Source: Macrostomum lignano
Taxonomy: Eukaryota
Length of the DNA: 64,000 nucleotides
Reading direction: 5' to 3'
NCBI GenBank assembly: GCA_002269645.1
Contig: NIVC01000578.1
Coordinates: forward strand, 5,036-69,035
A model generated the notes under the pieces. The model had not been told where the DNA came from and did not search any database. It saw nothing but the letters and a program-made list of their open reading frames with translations. Both the position numbers and the translations under genes were made by a program. This document shows, one piece after another, positions 1 to 13,700 of the stretch (its first letter is position 1; each line of letters starts with the position of its first letter).

Positions 1-3000
1 ACCGATTTGGCGGCCAACCAAAGAAGTCGCAAAAATGCCCAACAAAAAAACCCAAGTAGTAGTACAAAGTAGCCGACGAGGCATTTTGGCTAAATAAAAC
101 AGTCATAGTTACTCCTGCCGTTTACCCAAAGTTGCGTTAATTTTGTTCTAGGGTTTTTTACATATAAGTCACATTTTTGGCCAAAAAGTACGTCACATTT
201 TTGTTAAAACTAAGTCGCATGGCCAACTGAAATTTGGGGGTTGCGCATGTATGACCTGGAGACTGAACTATAGGACCAGACCTAGCAATTACCTGAGCTA
301 CTGCTGTGGGAAATCAATGAGAAATTAGCCCCAGCACTAGATACATTAGCAATTGCTAGAAATGGACCAGCCTAACCTACCACTACAAGCTAGCAATTGC
401 CACTTTGGCAATTGAAATGGCCACCACTATAACTGCAATTTAGCTCTACAACAAGACTGAAGGTCAGCAGCTAGGGCTTTGTTATACCTTGGTGGCTCTG
501 GCCATTGACCACTTAGCTATCTAGCATAGAAGGCTACCCATTACCAGTAGAACAACTTTGCTACTGTGCTTATATTGCAAGCTTGGCTACAACTTTGGAC
601 CAGTCTCAAGTGGCCCTGCTTGACAATATTGCATGCAATATATGGCTGGCCAATTAAGAAAACCAAGCCCTAGTGCACTATAGCAAATACCCATAACCCA
701 GCAAAACATAAGTATGGATTTTGACCACATTTTGGTGCTCCTTGACTGCCATATGGTGATCTAGCATAGCAACCCAGTTGGCCTCAGCAGAAGAGGTGTC
801 ACTAGCCAGAAAGGGTGGCACTTGAATGCCAGCAGATAGAACAGCAGTGCCAGCACTGGTGGCAGTCATGCATTGTTATTGGCATCAGCTTCCTCCGATG
901 TGCGTTGGCTGCCAAGGTCAGCTGACCCTGATGTCTCTCCAACATCAGCATGTAAGCAACTGCCTGTGTGCATTGACTCTGCAGCATTGAACTTTGGCAG
1001 TTGCTCATTGGCCAGGACCTTTTCAAGCGCCATCTCTAGACACAAAAAATATCTGACCTGCTGTTGCAGTTCCTCCATCTGTGTGTTGATTTCTGCAACT
1101 GGACTGTATGTCAGTCCAGCTCAGTCTCTGTATATATAGGTGTGAAAGGAATACATCAGGGAGGGAGTAAAAAGTGTTGCATAGTGGACACAATTACCTT
1201 GCACTGGCCAAGAGATATAGCAGCAAGATGTTGCTACAGTTTGAAAGGTATAATACTGCAACCATGTGTTCACTTACTTCTGGCATCGGACAAGTCATAG
1301 AGGTAGGATGTATCAAGCTGCAGGCCACAGCATGACCTAACCTGCTTATACAATATCAATAGATAGTGACCCATTAAATATATATGCACCCTTTTTTATG
1401 TAGACTTGTAAAAAACCTGAATTTTTTCAGACCATCACTGATGGGACAGCAAGCGTCACCAATGGGATAATGTTTAGAGTCACAAGTTTATATAACAACA
1501 TGCACCTATACAGCTTAAGCTTATATATAAGCATCTTAACTACCTAGTTTTGCATTGATAAAGAAAAGAAAAATTAAGCAAGAAAACTGTAAGAGTTATT
1601 TTTGGCAAGGAAAAAAAATGCATCCCAGCTTATATTTTAGAACGTTTCTTGATTGCATTTCAAATGTATTTTGACCACATCATGCCATTTTGAACGTTTC
1701 TTGACCATATTTGACCACATTTTGATTATAAGTTGACCATTTTTGATTGCATTTATTTAACTGCAAAATGGGCAAGGTAGACTGTTTTTTTTTTACTTTC
1801 ACAGCAAAATTTTTTGATGGGAAGGACTAAGAGATCCAATGTTCATTTTGTCAAAGCAGCACTCTTATGCCTATGGTAAAAGAGGCTACCATATTGATTT
1901 TTTTAGACTTGTAAAATAAAGACTCATCCCTTTGTCCCAAGACTGGCCCTGACTTTCAACCCTAAAGTGTTCCTTCATATCATTTTATAATTGTCCTATT
2001 TCCTGGGTTTAGTCTTTTTTCTTGTGGTTAGTACATCTTTTACTTTTTCTAGCCTTGTCTCTCCTTTGCTTGCTTTTTTACTTTATCTATGATTTAAATA
2101 TATTTCATATATCTACCATTTGCTATTTTGTGTTTAACCATTTTCATGTCCTCCCTTGCCCCTCGGCCAATGCTTGTCCTATTTTAACTAAAACCTACTG
2201 TCTAGGTTTGTCCACTGAATATTTTCTGGGTTTTTAAATATACCCACTTTATACTGCTCTACATTAACGGTTTTTTCTTATTTTCTTACTTATTTTTTTT
2301 GAATATTCTAGATTATTTTGCATTTTTCTTATTTACTACCCATTTATTGCTTGAACCCCATGTAGATTAGCCTTTTTGCAATGCAGCTCCTTCATTTTAT
2401 CATATGCAATCAATTCTAAGCTGAACTTGATCAATAAATAATGATTGTTCAAGTGCATTTATTCTTTGATAAGCCCAAAGCTTTATCTTAAATTGCCTAT
2501 GGGGAAAAATAACCATATTTTCCAACTCTAAGTAAACTTTAAGAATTAGATATTCTATAAATATTATATAAATTATAACTATAATTAGCAATATTATATT
2601 ACTAATAATAAGCTTCAACATAAATCAATGCATTTTAAAACCTTGGTATTAAAGGACTTTAATGGCTGTGCCTAATTACAACTAGGCCCTACTCAACAAT
2701 AGTCTTAGCTACCTTTCTTTGAAATTGAAAACCCATAGGCCCTGGCAGATAGAATAACCCTATAAACAAAATTCACAAGATTTGACCATGTGATATTTCT
2801 TTTAGCTTTAAACATAAAAACTCTAATTCAAATGGCAGTTGAACTTTTTAAATTTTGAGTTTGCCACAACATTTCAATTTTTTTGTTTTGCAACTACTCT
2901 CATCTTACAAATAATCTTAGTTATTAGCCAATATAAGCTAGGCTATTTAGGTCTATGAATTATTAAGTTTAAAGATTAGGGTATATTAGCAATAGATATT

Positions 3001-3106
3001 ATTTATTCATTGCTTAGTCTTATCAAAAAATAATTGACCACTAAGTTAAATGGCATATGACAAGTATGAAAACAGAAAAATAGAAGGAAATAGAATAAAA
3101 ATAATT

Positions 3107-4092
3107 TGGCATTCCTTTGTTTTACGATCATTTTTCCACCCACATTTCGGTTCACGATCCCCATGTAATTTTTCATATAAATGATCATAGCTTGCTTGAA
3201 ATAAACAAAAATTGTTAAACTGAGCTTATTCGTTACATTAAAAAAAACTGAACGGAATAGCCGACAAATGGTTTCTTTCATGGCATGGCAATGACAAGGA
3301 TCCTATATATCTACTTTGGTTTACGATCATTTAAACGGAAGCAATACATGTATGATGTAAATGATTATGAACCAAAGCTAGCGTATGTGTGTAAGGGGGT
3401 TTTGGTGTTTTACAAGCTCTATCTGAAATCGATCACTATCTCAATATATGGCTAGCTTTGGTTCACGATCATTTACATGTATTTTTTCCATTTAAATGAT
3501 CGTGTACCGAAGCTGAGGGGGGGGTGTCGAAGACATATGTAGTCATATATTTATTTGGTGGCTTGTTGGCGATTGAAATGTCATCTTGAGTTAACGTGCG
3601 CTCCCAAGTAACTTGATGCTTTATTATTCTCTGCACGCTGCCACCCCCCTCAGCTTTGGTTTACAATCATTTAGATGTAAGCAATATATGTCAATGATCG
3701 TGAATCGAAGCTAGCCATGTATTGAGATAGTGATCGATTTTAGATAGAGCTTGTAAAACACCAAACCCCCCTTACATACATACGCTAGCTTTGGTTCACG
3801 ATCATTTACATGTATCTCTTCCATTTAAATGATCGTAAACTGAAGTGGATATAGGATCATCTTTGGATTCTTGGAACTGTGAAATGGATCACTATAGGCC
3901 CTAACCCCTTTACCTTCTTGTTTCATTTGAACATGCAGCTAGTGTTATGATGGATAAATAAAAAGGATTGGAGTGCTTGTCTACACAGTTTTTTTTTGCA
4001 TTTTGATGAAATAAACAACAATTTTGTATCTTCCCTATCTCTCCAATGGGGATCGTCACTAATTTCAATGATCGTAAACAAAAGGAATGCCA
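3107..4092. mobile_element. Foldback/MITE-like non-autonomous DNA transposon with nested internal palindromes
   Basis: 25-bp TIRs TGGCATTCCTTTGTTTTACGATCAT (3107-3131) / ATGATCGTAAACAAAAGGAATGCCA (4068-4092), 2 mismatches. ATAATT flanks both sides (3101-3106, 4093-4098). An internal imperfect palindrome spans ~3295-3860, and the motif (T/A)CGATCAT recurs in both orientations. Confidence 0.7.
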
Positions 4093-4733
4093 ATAATTTT
4101 ATACTAAGTTTTTTACTACTAGTCTACTAGGGCCTCCAGTCGTCTTGTCGCTGGATTGACTGGAAGCCAGCCTAAAAGTCTAAAACATGCATGCCTATTC
4201 AACTGTTTTAAGGCCTATTTGATTTCTATAAAGCTTTATATTTGACGACTGACATAAAAACGAGATAAAAGATTCATAAATAGTTTCTATTTATTTTATA
4301 AACACTTCCAAACCAAAAAATGACATATAAAAACAGATTCATAATATGTTTCTTTTTTAATAATAGCCAATAGGCCTACCCTTAGATTTATTGTGAATTT
4401 ATAAAAAAATGCTCCCTACATCTACATACGTTTTTAAAAAGTTTTAATGGTAAAACTAATTAAATACGGCTTATGCTAGTTTCACAAAGTTATTCTTTTA
4501 ATTAAGTTTGCAACACAGTAAATAAACTTTATTATTTTGTTTCTTAATCTTTAAAAGCTTTATTTAGTACACGATGATTGTATTGAGCGCATTTTTAACA
4601 TTTGTAAACTTCGCAACTTCCGTTTCCTGGAAGGGTTTTAAGCTAATGCGTTTAAGCTAGAATATGTTCGCGGTGTAGTAGGGAACACACGCGTCTTTAT
4701 TTTTTGCATTTCTGTACTACTCATAACAACAAA

Positions 4734-7700
4734 ATGCCCATTAATAAGCAGGGTAAGTTACTGTTCATGTAATTAATACTAATATGTGACATCTCAAACC
4801 TGTAAATTGCTACAAAAGTGTTGCTCATTTCATTCTTTTACTGAGGTGTCAAATAATATAAGATAGGAAGCTAGCTAAATAAATTAGGAGTTTGGAATAT
4901 CATTCTACAACACTACTCAAAATGTGTTTTGTCTGTAGCTTTGAAGAAGTAACAAGTATTTGAATAATTGAATTAATTGATTTTGACTTTCTTAATCTAA
5001 ATATACTAAATCTCAAAGGTTTGTATGTCCATAACGCTCTAGAGATTGCAATTCTTGACCAATTGGAATACTATTTTTATTGTTTAATAGGTATTTTTTC
5101 ATTAGACTAAATGATTTTTGGATTGAGATCTGAATTAAGGTGTTTCATAATTTCATTTTTCATATTAGTCTTCATACTATAGTATGAAATACATCCAAAC
5201 ATATAATGTTTAAAATAGGCTAGGCCCAACGCATTTTTTGTGAATTAAGATTTACACTATTAGATGTGTTGTTATATGAAAAGGAACTACTATTAATTTT
5301 AGGTAAAAATAAATAAAAATGCATATTTTAGTTAAAAATACATGCAACAAGGACACCTTGATATCTGAAATGTGTATGGTAAAATATTGTATTTATTATA
5401 TGCTAGAGGCTTAAGTTCATCACTCGAACGATTCAGGCATTATTGAATTACATTCTCAGTTTACTCTGCATGCTTTGCCATTGTCAATCCTGCATGCTGA
5501 CTTGTCAAATGAGAATGCATGCAATTGCAATTTAGCATTTTTTCTCTGATTCAGTTATAGTTTCTGCTTGCTTTTTTGAGAATTCACTCAATAATCAAAT
5601 TTACAAAAAAATAATTCAAGCAAACAGAAATATGATGATATTCACTGGCCAGTAATAAAACTAATTATAAATGCTGTAAAGTAACAAACGCTGTCAGTTT
5701 GATTGACATTCTCTGTCACAGATTTATTCACTACACAGATTTTACTCGATTTCACCTAAGTAAAAAAGTCGATCACTTGAACTTCTTGGGGCCTCTGGAA
5801 CAGCCGAGTCCATCATCATTGAGCATGCACCAGCTGCCAGCGTGACAGAAGCGATGCCGCCCCCTCCATTTCCGATGTTCTCCGCCTGAACAGTCCCAAA
5901 TTCAATGCAGTCTGGAGTAGTTTCCCGTCCCGGCGCCTTCCGCCCTCAGAACTCAGAGGAGGAGACGCAGCGGCTGTGGGGCAGGAAAGACAGGGGATAA
6001 TCAATGTGATTGACTAAATGAGTGGTAGGGGAGAGGCGCAGACTCCATTCCCGAAGACTTGCTGGTTTGGGGACTTGGCCGCAACCAACTCATGCATGAG
6101 ACTCATTGCACCTCATTGCGCTTCGCTTCCTCTTTCATTCTTGCTAAAGAAAACTTTTCTGTCAACGAGGTTTCTGCCGGCTTCGCCCCTCCCAGTTCGC
6201 CCCGCTGCATCTGCTGACTAGCGGCTGTAATTCAGGTTGAAAGAATGAACTTTTGCTGCACTGCACCCGAAATTTGTCTTATTAAATGGAATCTCACTAA
6301 ATTCACGTTTAAAACACTGAAGGTTCATAGAAACTTGAATTATTACATGTCTGTTGCTCTGGACAGTGAAATTATATCGTTAAAAAAAACCAACCTTCTT
6401 AGAAACCCGACCTTTCTGTAGCAAAAATCAATGAAGCAGATTTGATATCCGGATCTACTTTAATCTTTAGGATCTCAGTTCAAGGCAACGCCGTATGCCT
6501 TTGCCAGCCCTTTCCCCCATAGTCTGCTTCACCGATCCAAGTGACAGGCTCTAATCCGATCAAACTTATTTAGGTTTGTGATTAACACTGCAACTATAAG
6601 CTATATTGCTGCTAGTATCAATTGGGCAAATTTGCCAGCGCTCACGCATGTCTACTGTGCTCAATTCCGTTTGACAGACGCGACTCGAGCCCTGGAGCTG
6701 CTTGAGCAGTACCAGACTCAGCTGAACGCGACCGAGGACGCTAAGCTGAGGGCCGCCATCGAGCGAGTCATTCGAATCTTCAAGTCCAAGCTGTTTAATG
6801 CTCTTGTCGGTGAGTGCAATAGTTACAGCTCATAACGGACTGAACTGTATTTTGGGAACACAAACATCTCTAGCTGTGCAGTCTCAGTTCACCCCCACCG
6901 GCCCTAACACAGAAATTCAAGAGTTTTACGAGGTGACGCTGCTGGATGAGAACAAATCGTTGGAGCAGAAAGCGATGGAAACTCAGCGAGTTGCCGACCG
7001 ATGGGCCGACGGGCCTCAGTCTGCGAATGGACCGACGAGGCAGCAGAAGGTGAGTCGCTTTTTGGCAAGCTGACGGAATAACCAGTGGCTGAGTCAGGCT
7101 ATTCAGTGACTGGATAACAGGCTATTCAGTGACTTGATAGCAGGCTGTTCAGTGACTGGATTACAGGCTATTCAGTGACTGGATAACAGGCTATTCAGTG
7201 ACTGGATAACAGGCTATTCAGTGACAGGATAACAGGCTATTCAGTGACTGGATAGCAGGCTGTTCAGTGACTGGATTACAGGCTATTCAGTGACTGGATT
7301 ACAGGCTATTCAGTGACTGGATAACAGGCTATTCAGTGACTGGATAACAGGCTATTCAGTGACAGGATAACAGGCTATTCAGTGACTGGATAGCAGGCTG
7401 TTCAGTGACTGGATTACAGGCTATTCAGTGACAGGATAACAGGCTATTTAGTAACTAAAGTAAACAATCCAGTGCTGGAAAAAGTTGTAAGAGAAAGGTC
7501 TTTAAGGTCTAGAGCCTCCTGAGCAGCTTTGGTACTTACGTGGCACACTGTCAGGGCTGCAACACGTTATCGATCGGTCTAGCATTGATTTGCTTTTAGT
7601 GGGAAAAAAGTAAGACCTTTTTGTGTGCTTGCATCTGCTGTACTCAAATTCTAAAACTCTTGCGTGAGTTGCCGCTACCGGCCAATTGGATTTGCTTTCC

Positions 7701-10700
7701 CATGCAGCCTCCAGCCGAACCGACTGCTCCGAAGGCCAACTAGTAGAGCACTCTTGGCACAATTCTCGGTGCACAATTAGCCATGGTAGTCGAGCCCGGG
7801 TGCAAACTCGATTTTGGTGAGCGCTCGCCGACTTCAAGTCATTGAGAATTCAATTTGCAGTCCTGTTTCTCTGTCTCTCTCCGGATGTCTTGCAGCCATT
7901 TCTGTTGAAATGTTTTCGGAACGAGAGTCGTAGAAGAAGCGGAGAAGAATTGCAGCAGTTTGATTGCAGGTGCGCCCACTTCTGCCGCTGTCCCGAAGCA
8001 GGCAGGCGCTTACACGGGGTGTAAAAAGCGGCTTTGACCTAATTGACCTATTTTGCTTAGACCTAAATTTCCAAAGCAATCCTATATTTCTGACCCATGC
8101 AGGCTTGTTCGGCCTACCCTAACGACGGGAAGTCAGAATTCTGAAAGCTGGAACCGAGCCCAGGCTTAATTCCATATACGAGCTATAAGTAGCCAAATAT
8201 GTATGCAGAATAAAAAAGTTCAGCATCGTCTCAGAGATGATTCAAACTGCCTGCCTGCCATGCCATTAAGCTGATGCGATGTGACATGCTCAATACCCGC
8301 GGGAGTGCCGGGAAAATGGAAATGCAATTTTAGAGACTTACTTTCCTGTGGAGAGTGCATCTGGTCCAAAGATGGGACTAAGTTGTTCAGGCCTTGCCGG
8401 CTACCTACTACTTACTCTCCGGGCAAGTAGTTGCTGCGCAAAAAGCTGTCGATTTATGGTAGAAGCTGAAGCACGAGTATTAAGGCCCTGAACAAAACCG
8501 GAATTTGAAGCGAGCGAAAAACAAGTCGGCTACCCTCACGTGGAAAACTTTGCACGCACGTCCCCCGCTTTTTCTAGAAACCTGCCGCACCGTCATCTCC
8601 GCCGCTGCCACCGCCGGACTCGTCCGTCGGCGCCTTCGAGGTGGTGCTCCGTCGACTCGCCGGTCAGGGCTTCGGCTTCAGCATCGCTGGCGGAGTCGAC
8701 GAGCCGCACCAGCCCGGCGACAGCCGCCTGTTCGTCACGAAGGTCGCGCCGGGTGGCGTAGCCGAATCCGACGGCCGGATGTCTGTCGGTGACGTCATTC
8801 TGGCCGTGAACGGCGTCGACGTCACCTCTGTGTCGCACGAGGCGGCCGTATCGGCGCTGAAGATGTCGGGCGCTCAGCTCAGTCTCCTCATGTTGAGGCC
8901 GCCGCCTCAGCCGCAGCCGGCTTTGAAACCGACAGCTGAAGCTGCGCCTCTGCCGGCTGAGCCGCCAGTTACCATGGAGACTGGCACTGAGGCCAACGGA
9001 GGTACATTTCTACCTGCTTGAGTTTTTTAGCTGCTAATCCAGTAAATTCCAGGAATGTTTATCTTAATGACTCGTCATGTCAGAGATTTACTTCTCGACT
9101 TCTCGAACTCACCTCGGACTCACCTCTCGGACTCACCTCCTCGGACTCACCTCTCGGACTCACCTCTCGGACTCACCTCTCGGACTCACCTCTCGGACTC
9201 ACCTCTCGGACTCACCTCTCGGACTCACCTCTCGGACTCACCTCTCGGACTCACCTCTCGGACTCACCTCTCGGACTCACCTCTCGGACTCACCTCTCGG
9301 ACTCACCTCTCGGACTCACCTCTCGGACTCACCTCTCGGACTCACCTCTCGGACTCACCTCTCGGACTCACCTCTCGGACTCACCTCTCGGACTCACCTC
9401 TCGGACTCACCTCTCGGACTCACCTCTCGGACTCACCTCTCGGACTCACCTCTCGGACTCACCTCTCGGACTCACTATTGAAGCTTCTCCCACCCAATGC
9501 GTCTCCCGTGTTGCAGGCGGCGGCCCGCTGGAGGTGACGCTGTCCAAGACGGCCCGCGGCCTGGGCTTCAGCATCGCCGGCGGGACGGACAATCAGCACC
9601 TGCCTGGCGACGACTCGATCTTCGTCACGAAGGTGATCGACGGCGGCGCCGCGCAGCACAGTGGCCGCATCGGCTTCGGCGACCGCCTGCTGGCCGTTGA
9701 CGGCCGCCCGTTGACCGCCTGCACCCACCAGGAGGCCGTGGCCACCCTCAAAGCCACCGGCGACCGGGTCCGCCTCACCGTTGGCAAGGCGACGCCCGAG
9801 GAGGTCGCCCTGCTCATTGAGCTGGATGAGGCTGCTCGGTTGGAGGAACAGGAGGCTGAAGCTGCGGCTGCTGGTGAGTTGCTGACTCATCTGTATGTGC
9901 TCAGCTATGGTTGCTGACTCATCTGTATGTGCTCAGCTATGGTTGCTGACTCATCTGTATGTGCTCAGCTATGGTTGCTGACTCATCTGTATGTGCTCAG
10001 CTATGGTTGCTGACTCACCTGTATGTGCTCAGCTATGGTTGCTGACTCATCTGTATGTGCTCAGCTATGGTTGCTGACTCATCTGTATGTGCTCAGCTAT
10101 GGTCTCTGACTCATCTGTATGTGCTCAGCTATGGTTGCTGACTCACCTGTATGTGCTCAGCTATGGTTGCTGACTCATCTGTATGTGCTCAGCTATGGTC
10201 TCTGACTCATCTGTATGTGCTCAGCTATGGTTGCTGACTCATCTGTATGTGCTCAGCTATGGTTGCTGACTCATCTGTATGTGCTCAGCTATGGTTACTG
10301 ACTCATATGTATGTGCTCAGCTATGGTCTCTGACTCATCTGTATGTGCTCAGCTATGGTCTCTGACTCATCTGTATGTGCTCAGCTATGGTTGCTGACTC
10401 ATCTGTATGTGCTCAGCTATGGTCTCTGACTCATCTGTATGTGCTCAGCTATGGTTGCTGACTCACCTGTATGTGCTCAGCCAGTCTCTGATTGGTTGCT
10501 GGCTTACCATTGCCATTTTACTGTAAAGTACTTTTATATGTCTTGCGGTATTTCGCACCTCTATTTAAAGAAGGGTCTTTTCACTCTACTTGTATCAGTA
10601 GTGCGAGGTGTGCAATTTCGTTGAGCTTCCATTCAAATTAGTTAATTTTCAACCAGATCTGTTTGTCAATTCATTCATATTGCGCTTAACTACTCGGTAG

Positions 10701-13700
10701 TAGTCAGTACAGATTTGCATATAAATAAAATTTGGACGTTGCGTTTCGATTGGCGGAATTTGAAACTGTTGCTGAAGGTAAGCCCGAGTCCCGCTGGATC
10801 ATAACCAGATTACTAAAGCTAGCTGCCTGTCGCATTCATATTATTAGTGTTGCCGACACACCTACGGCAGAATGCTACACTGTCTCCTGAGTCTGCCTAT
10901 AGACCTCACTGCGAGTAGCGCTCATGATTTAATAACGGACCGTAACTTCTCACTTTGCTCTTGAGTTCTTTTAGACCCCCCCAGGTTAATGTTTAATCAG
11001 CCCCATTCATTTGTACCTTTGGCTTTGGAAACAGGCTGAGAGTTTCAAGCATTCTGAGTTGACATGCTTTGCGTTTCTTTTTGTCATTTCTCTCGCTCAG
11101 GCTGGGTCTGGGCGCATGTGTCTCTCCACGCATTACACTGAGTTTGAGCATTTTATTCTGCGTGTACGGGTGGGTCAGCTGACCCAACCAATAAGTCTGT
11201 ACAGGTGGGTCAGCTGACCCAGTCAATAAGTCTGTACAGATTGGTCAGCTGACCCAGCCAATAAGTCTGTACAGGTGGGTCAGCTGACCCAGCCAATAAG
11301 TCTGTACAGGTGGGTCAGCTGACCCAGCCAATAAGTCTGTACAGATTGGTCAGCTGACCCAGTCAGTGTGTAGAGATTGGGTCAGCCATCTTCTGACCCA
11401 GTGAGTGTGTAGAAATTGGGTCAGCCATCTCCTGACCCAGTCAGTGTGTAGAGATTGGGTCAGCCATCTCCTGACCCAGTCAGAGTGTAGAGATTGGGTC
11501 AGCCATCTCCTGACCCAGTCAGAGTGTAGAGATTGGGTCAGCCATCTCCTAACCCAGTGAGTGTGTAGAGATTGGGTCAGCCATCTTCTGACCCAGTGAG
11601 TGTGTAGAGATTGGGTCAGCCATCTTCTGACCCAGTGAGTGTGTAGAGATTGGGTCAGCCATCTCCTGACCCAGTGAGTGTGTAGAGATTGGGTCAGCCA
11701 TCTCCTGACCCAGTGAGTGTGTAGAGATTGGGTCAGCCATCTCCTGACCCAGTCAGAGTGTAGAGATTGGGTCAGCCATCTCCTGACCCAGTCAGAGTGT
11801 AGAGATTGGGTCAGCCATCTCCTAACCCAGTGAGTGTGTAGAGATTGGGTCAGCCATCTCCTAACCCAGTGAGTGTGTAGAGATTGGGTCAGCCATCTTC
11901 TGACCCAGTGAGTGTGTAGAGATTGGGTCAGCCATCTTCTGACCCAGTGAGTGTGTAGAGATTGGGTCAGCCATCTCCTGACCCAGTCAGAGTGTAGAGA
12001 TTGGGTCAGCCATCTCCTGACCCAGTGAGTGTGTAGAGATTGGGTCAGCCATCTCCTGACCCAGTGAGTGTGTAGAGATTGGGTCAGCCATCTCCTGACC
12101 CAGTCAGAGTGTAGAGATTGGGTCAGCCATCTCCTGACCCAGTCAGAGTGCGGAGCCTGGGTCAGCTGATCAGCAGATTCTGAGTTCATTGATTATTCAT
12201 TTATAAATGGCATTGAGTCCGACAAGCTTCCGCTTTTTGTTCAGAAATGCTTGCATTATTAAATGCCCTTTGGATTTTGCTGATAGGCAATCGAAGCATT
12301 TTTGTTTTGAGTTCTTTCTAATAATTTTAAGAGACTCTTCCTCAGAACTAAAATAATTTTGAGTTCTATCTACTTATTGCCTTTTCTGTTTGCTGACGAA
12401 TGAGTACTTTATCAAATTCTTATTTTTAGCAATTTCCTCTAAGAAATTAATTTGATGCAGCGGCAGTATTCTGGACCCCCAACCGCCCTCACTCACTGCA
12501 GGAGGGGCCGCTCGCGGACTGCCCGGCTCGACGAGACCCAGCGGATCCGACGCTCAGCAAAGGCATGGTAAGTGACTGAGCTGCATGACCATACACTGAC
12601 TGAGCTGCATGACCATACACTGACTGAGCTGCATGACCAAAATCTGACTGAATTCATGACCATAATCTGACTGAATTTATAAAAAAATCTAACTAAACCC
12701 ATGACCATAATTAATCTGACTGAATTGATGACCATAATCTGAATAAATCCATGACCATAATCTGACTGAATCCATGACTATACCCTGACTGAATCCTTGA
12801 TCTGCGTGTACCATGACAATACACGCAGAGCTGACTGAATCTATGACAATAATCTGATGATATTCGCAGTCATGAGGTCACAATGCAGTCATGAGGTCAC
12901 AATGCAGTGCAGAGTCATGAGGTCACAATGCAGTCATGAGGTCACAATGCAGTGCAGAGTCATGAGGTCACAATGCAGTCATGAGGTCACAATGCAGTCA
13001 TGAGGTCACAATACAGTCATGAGGTCACAATGCAGTCATGAGGTCACAATGCAGTCATGAGGTCACAATGCAGTCATGAGGTCACAATGCAGTCATGAGG
13101 TCACAATACAGTCATGAGGTCACAATGCAGTCATGAGGTCACAATGCAGTCATGAGGTCACAATGCAGTCATGAGGTCACAATGCAGTCATGAGGTCACA
13201 ATGCAGTCATGAGGTCACAATGCAGTCATGAGGTCACAATGCAGTCATGAGGTCACAATGCAGTCATGAGGTCACAATGCAGTCATGAGGTCACAATGCA
13301 GTCATGAGGTCACAGTGCAGTCATGAGGTCACAATGCAGTCATGAGGTCACAATGCAGTCATGAGGTCACAATGCAGTCATGAGGTCACAATACAGTCAT
13401 GAGGTCACAATGCAGTCATGAGGTCACAATGCAGTCATGAGGTCACAATGCAGTCATGAGGTCACAATACAGTCATGAGGTCACAATGCAGTCATGAGGT
13501 CACAATGCATCCGCCCCTCTACCCGCAGCGGGATTTCAAGGTCCGCCCGACGGCGCCCGAGCAGCAGCAAGAAGTCCAAAGGACTCGGCGGCCTGTTTGG
13601 CGGCGGCAAGAAGAAATGAAAACAAATTGTGCTCCTTGCTGCTTCAAGAAGAGACAGAGCGCCTCTTCCCGTGTCTCGACAATGCCTTGTACTTTTTTGG

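Noticed and set aside
9018-9480. Repetitive N-terminal part of ORF 9018-9917 and the overlapping repeat ORFs
   Set aside because: These are translations of the intronic 13-bp minisatellite; only 9517-9873 (PDZ2) is exonic.
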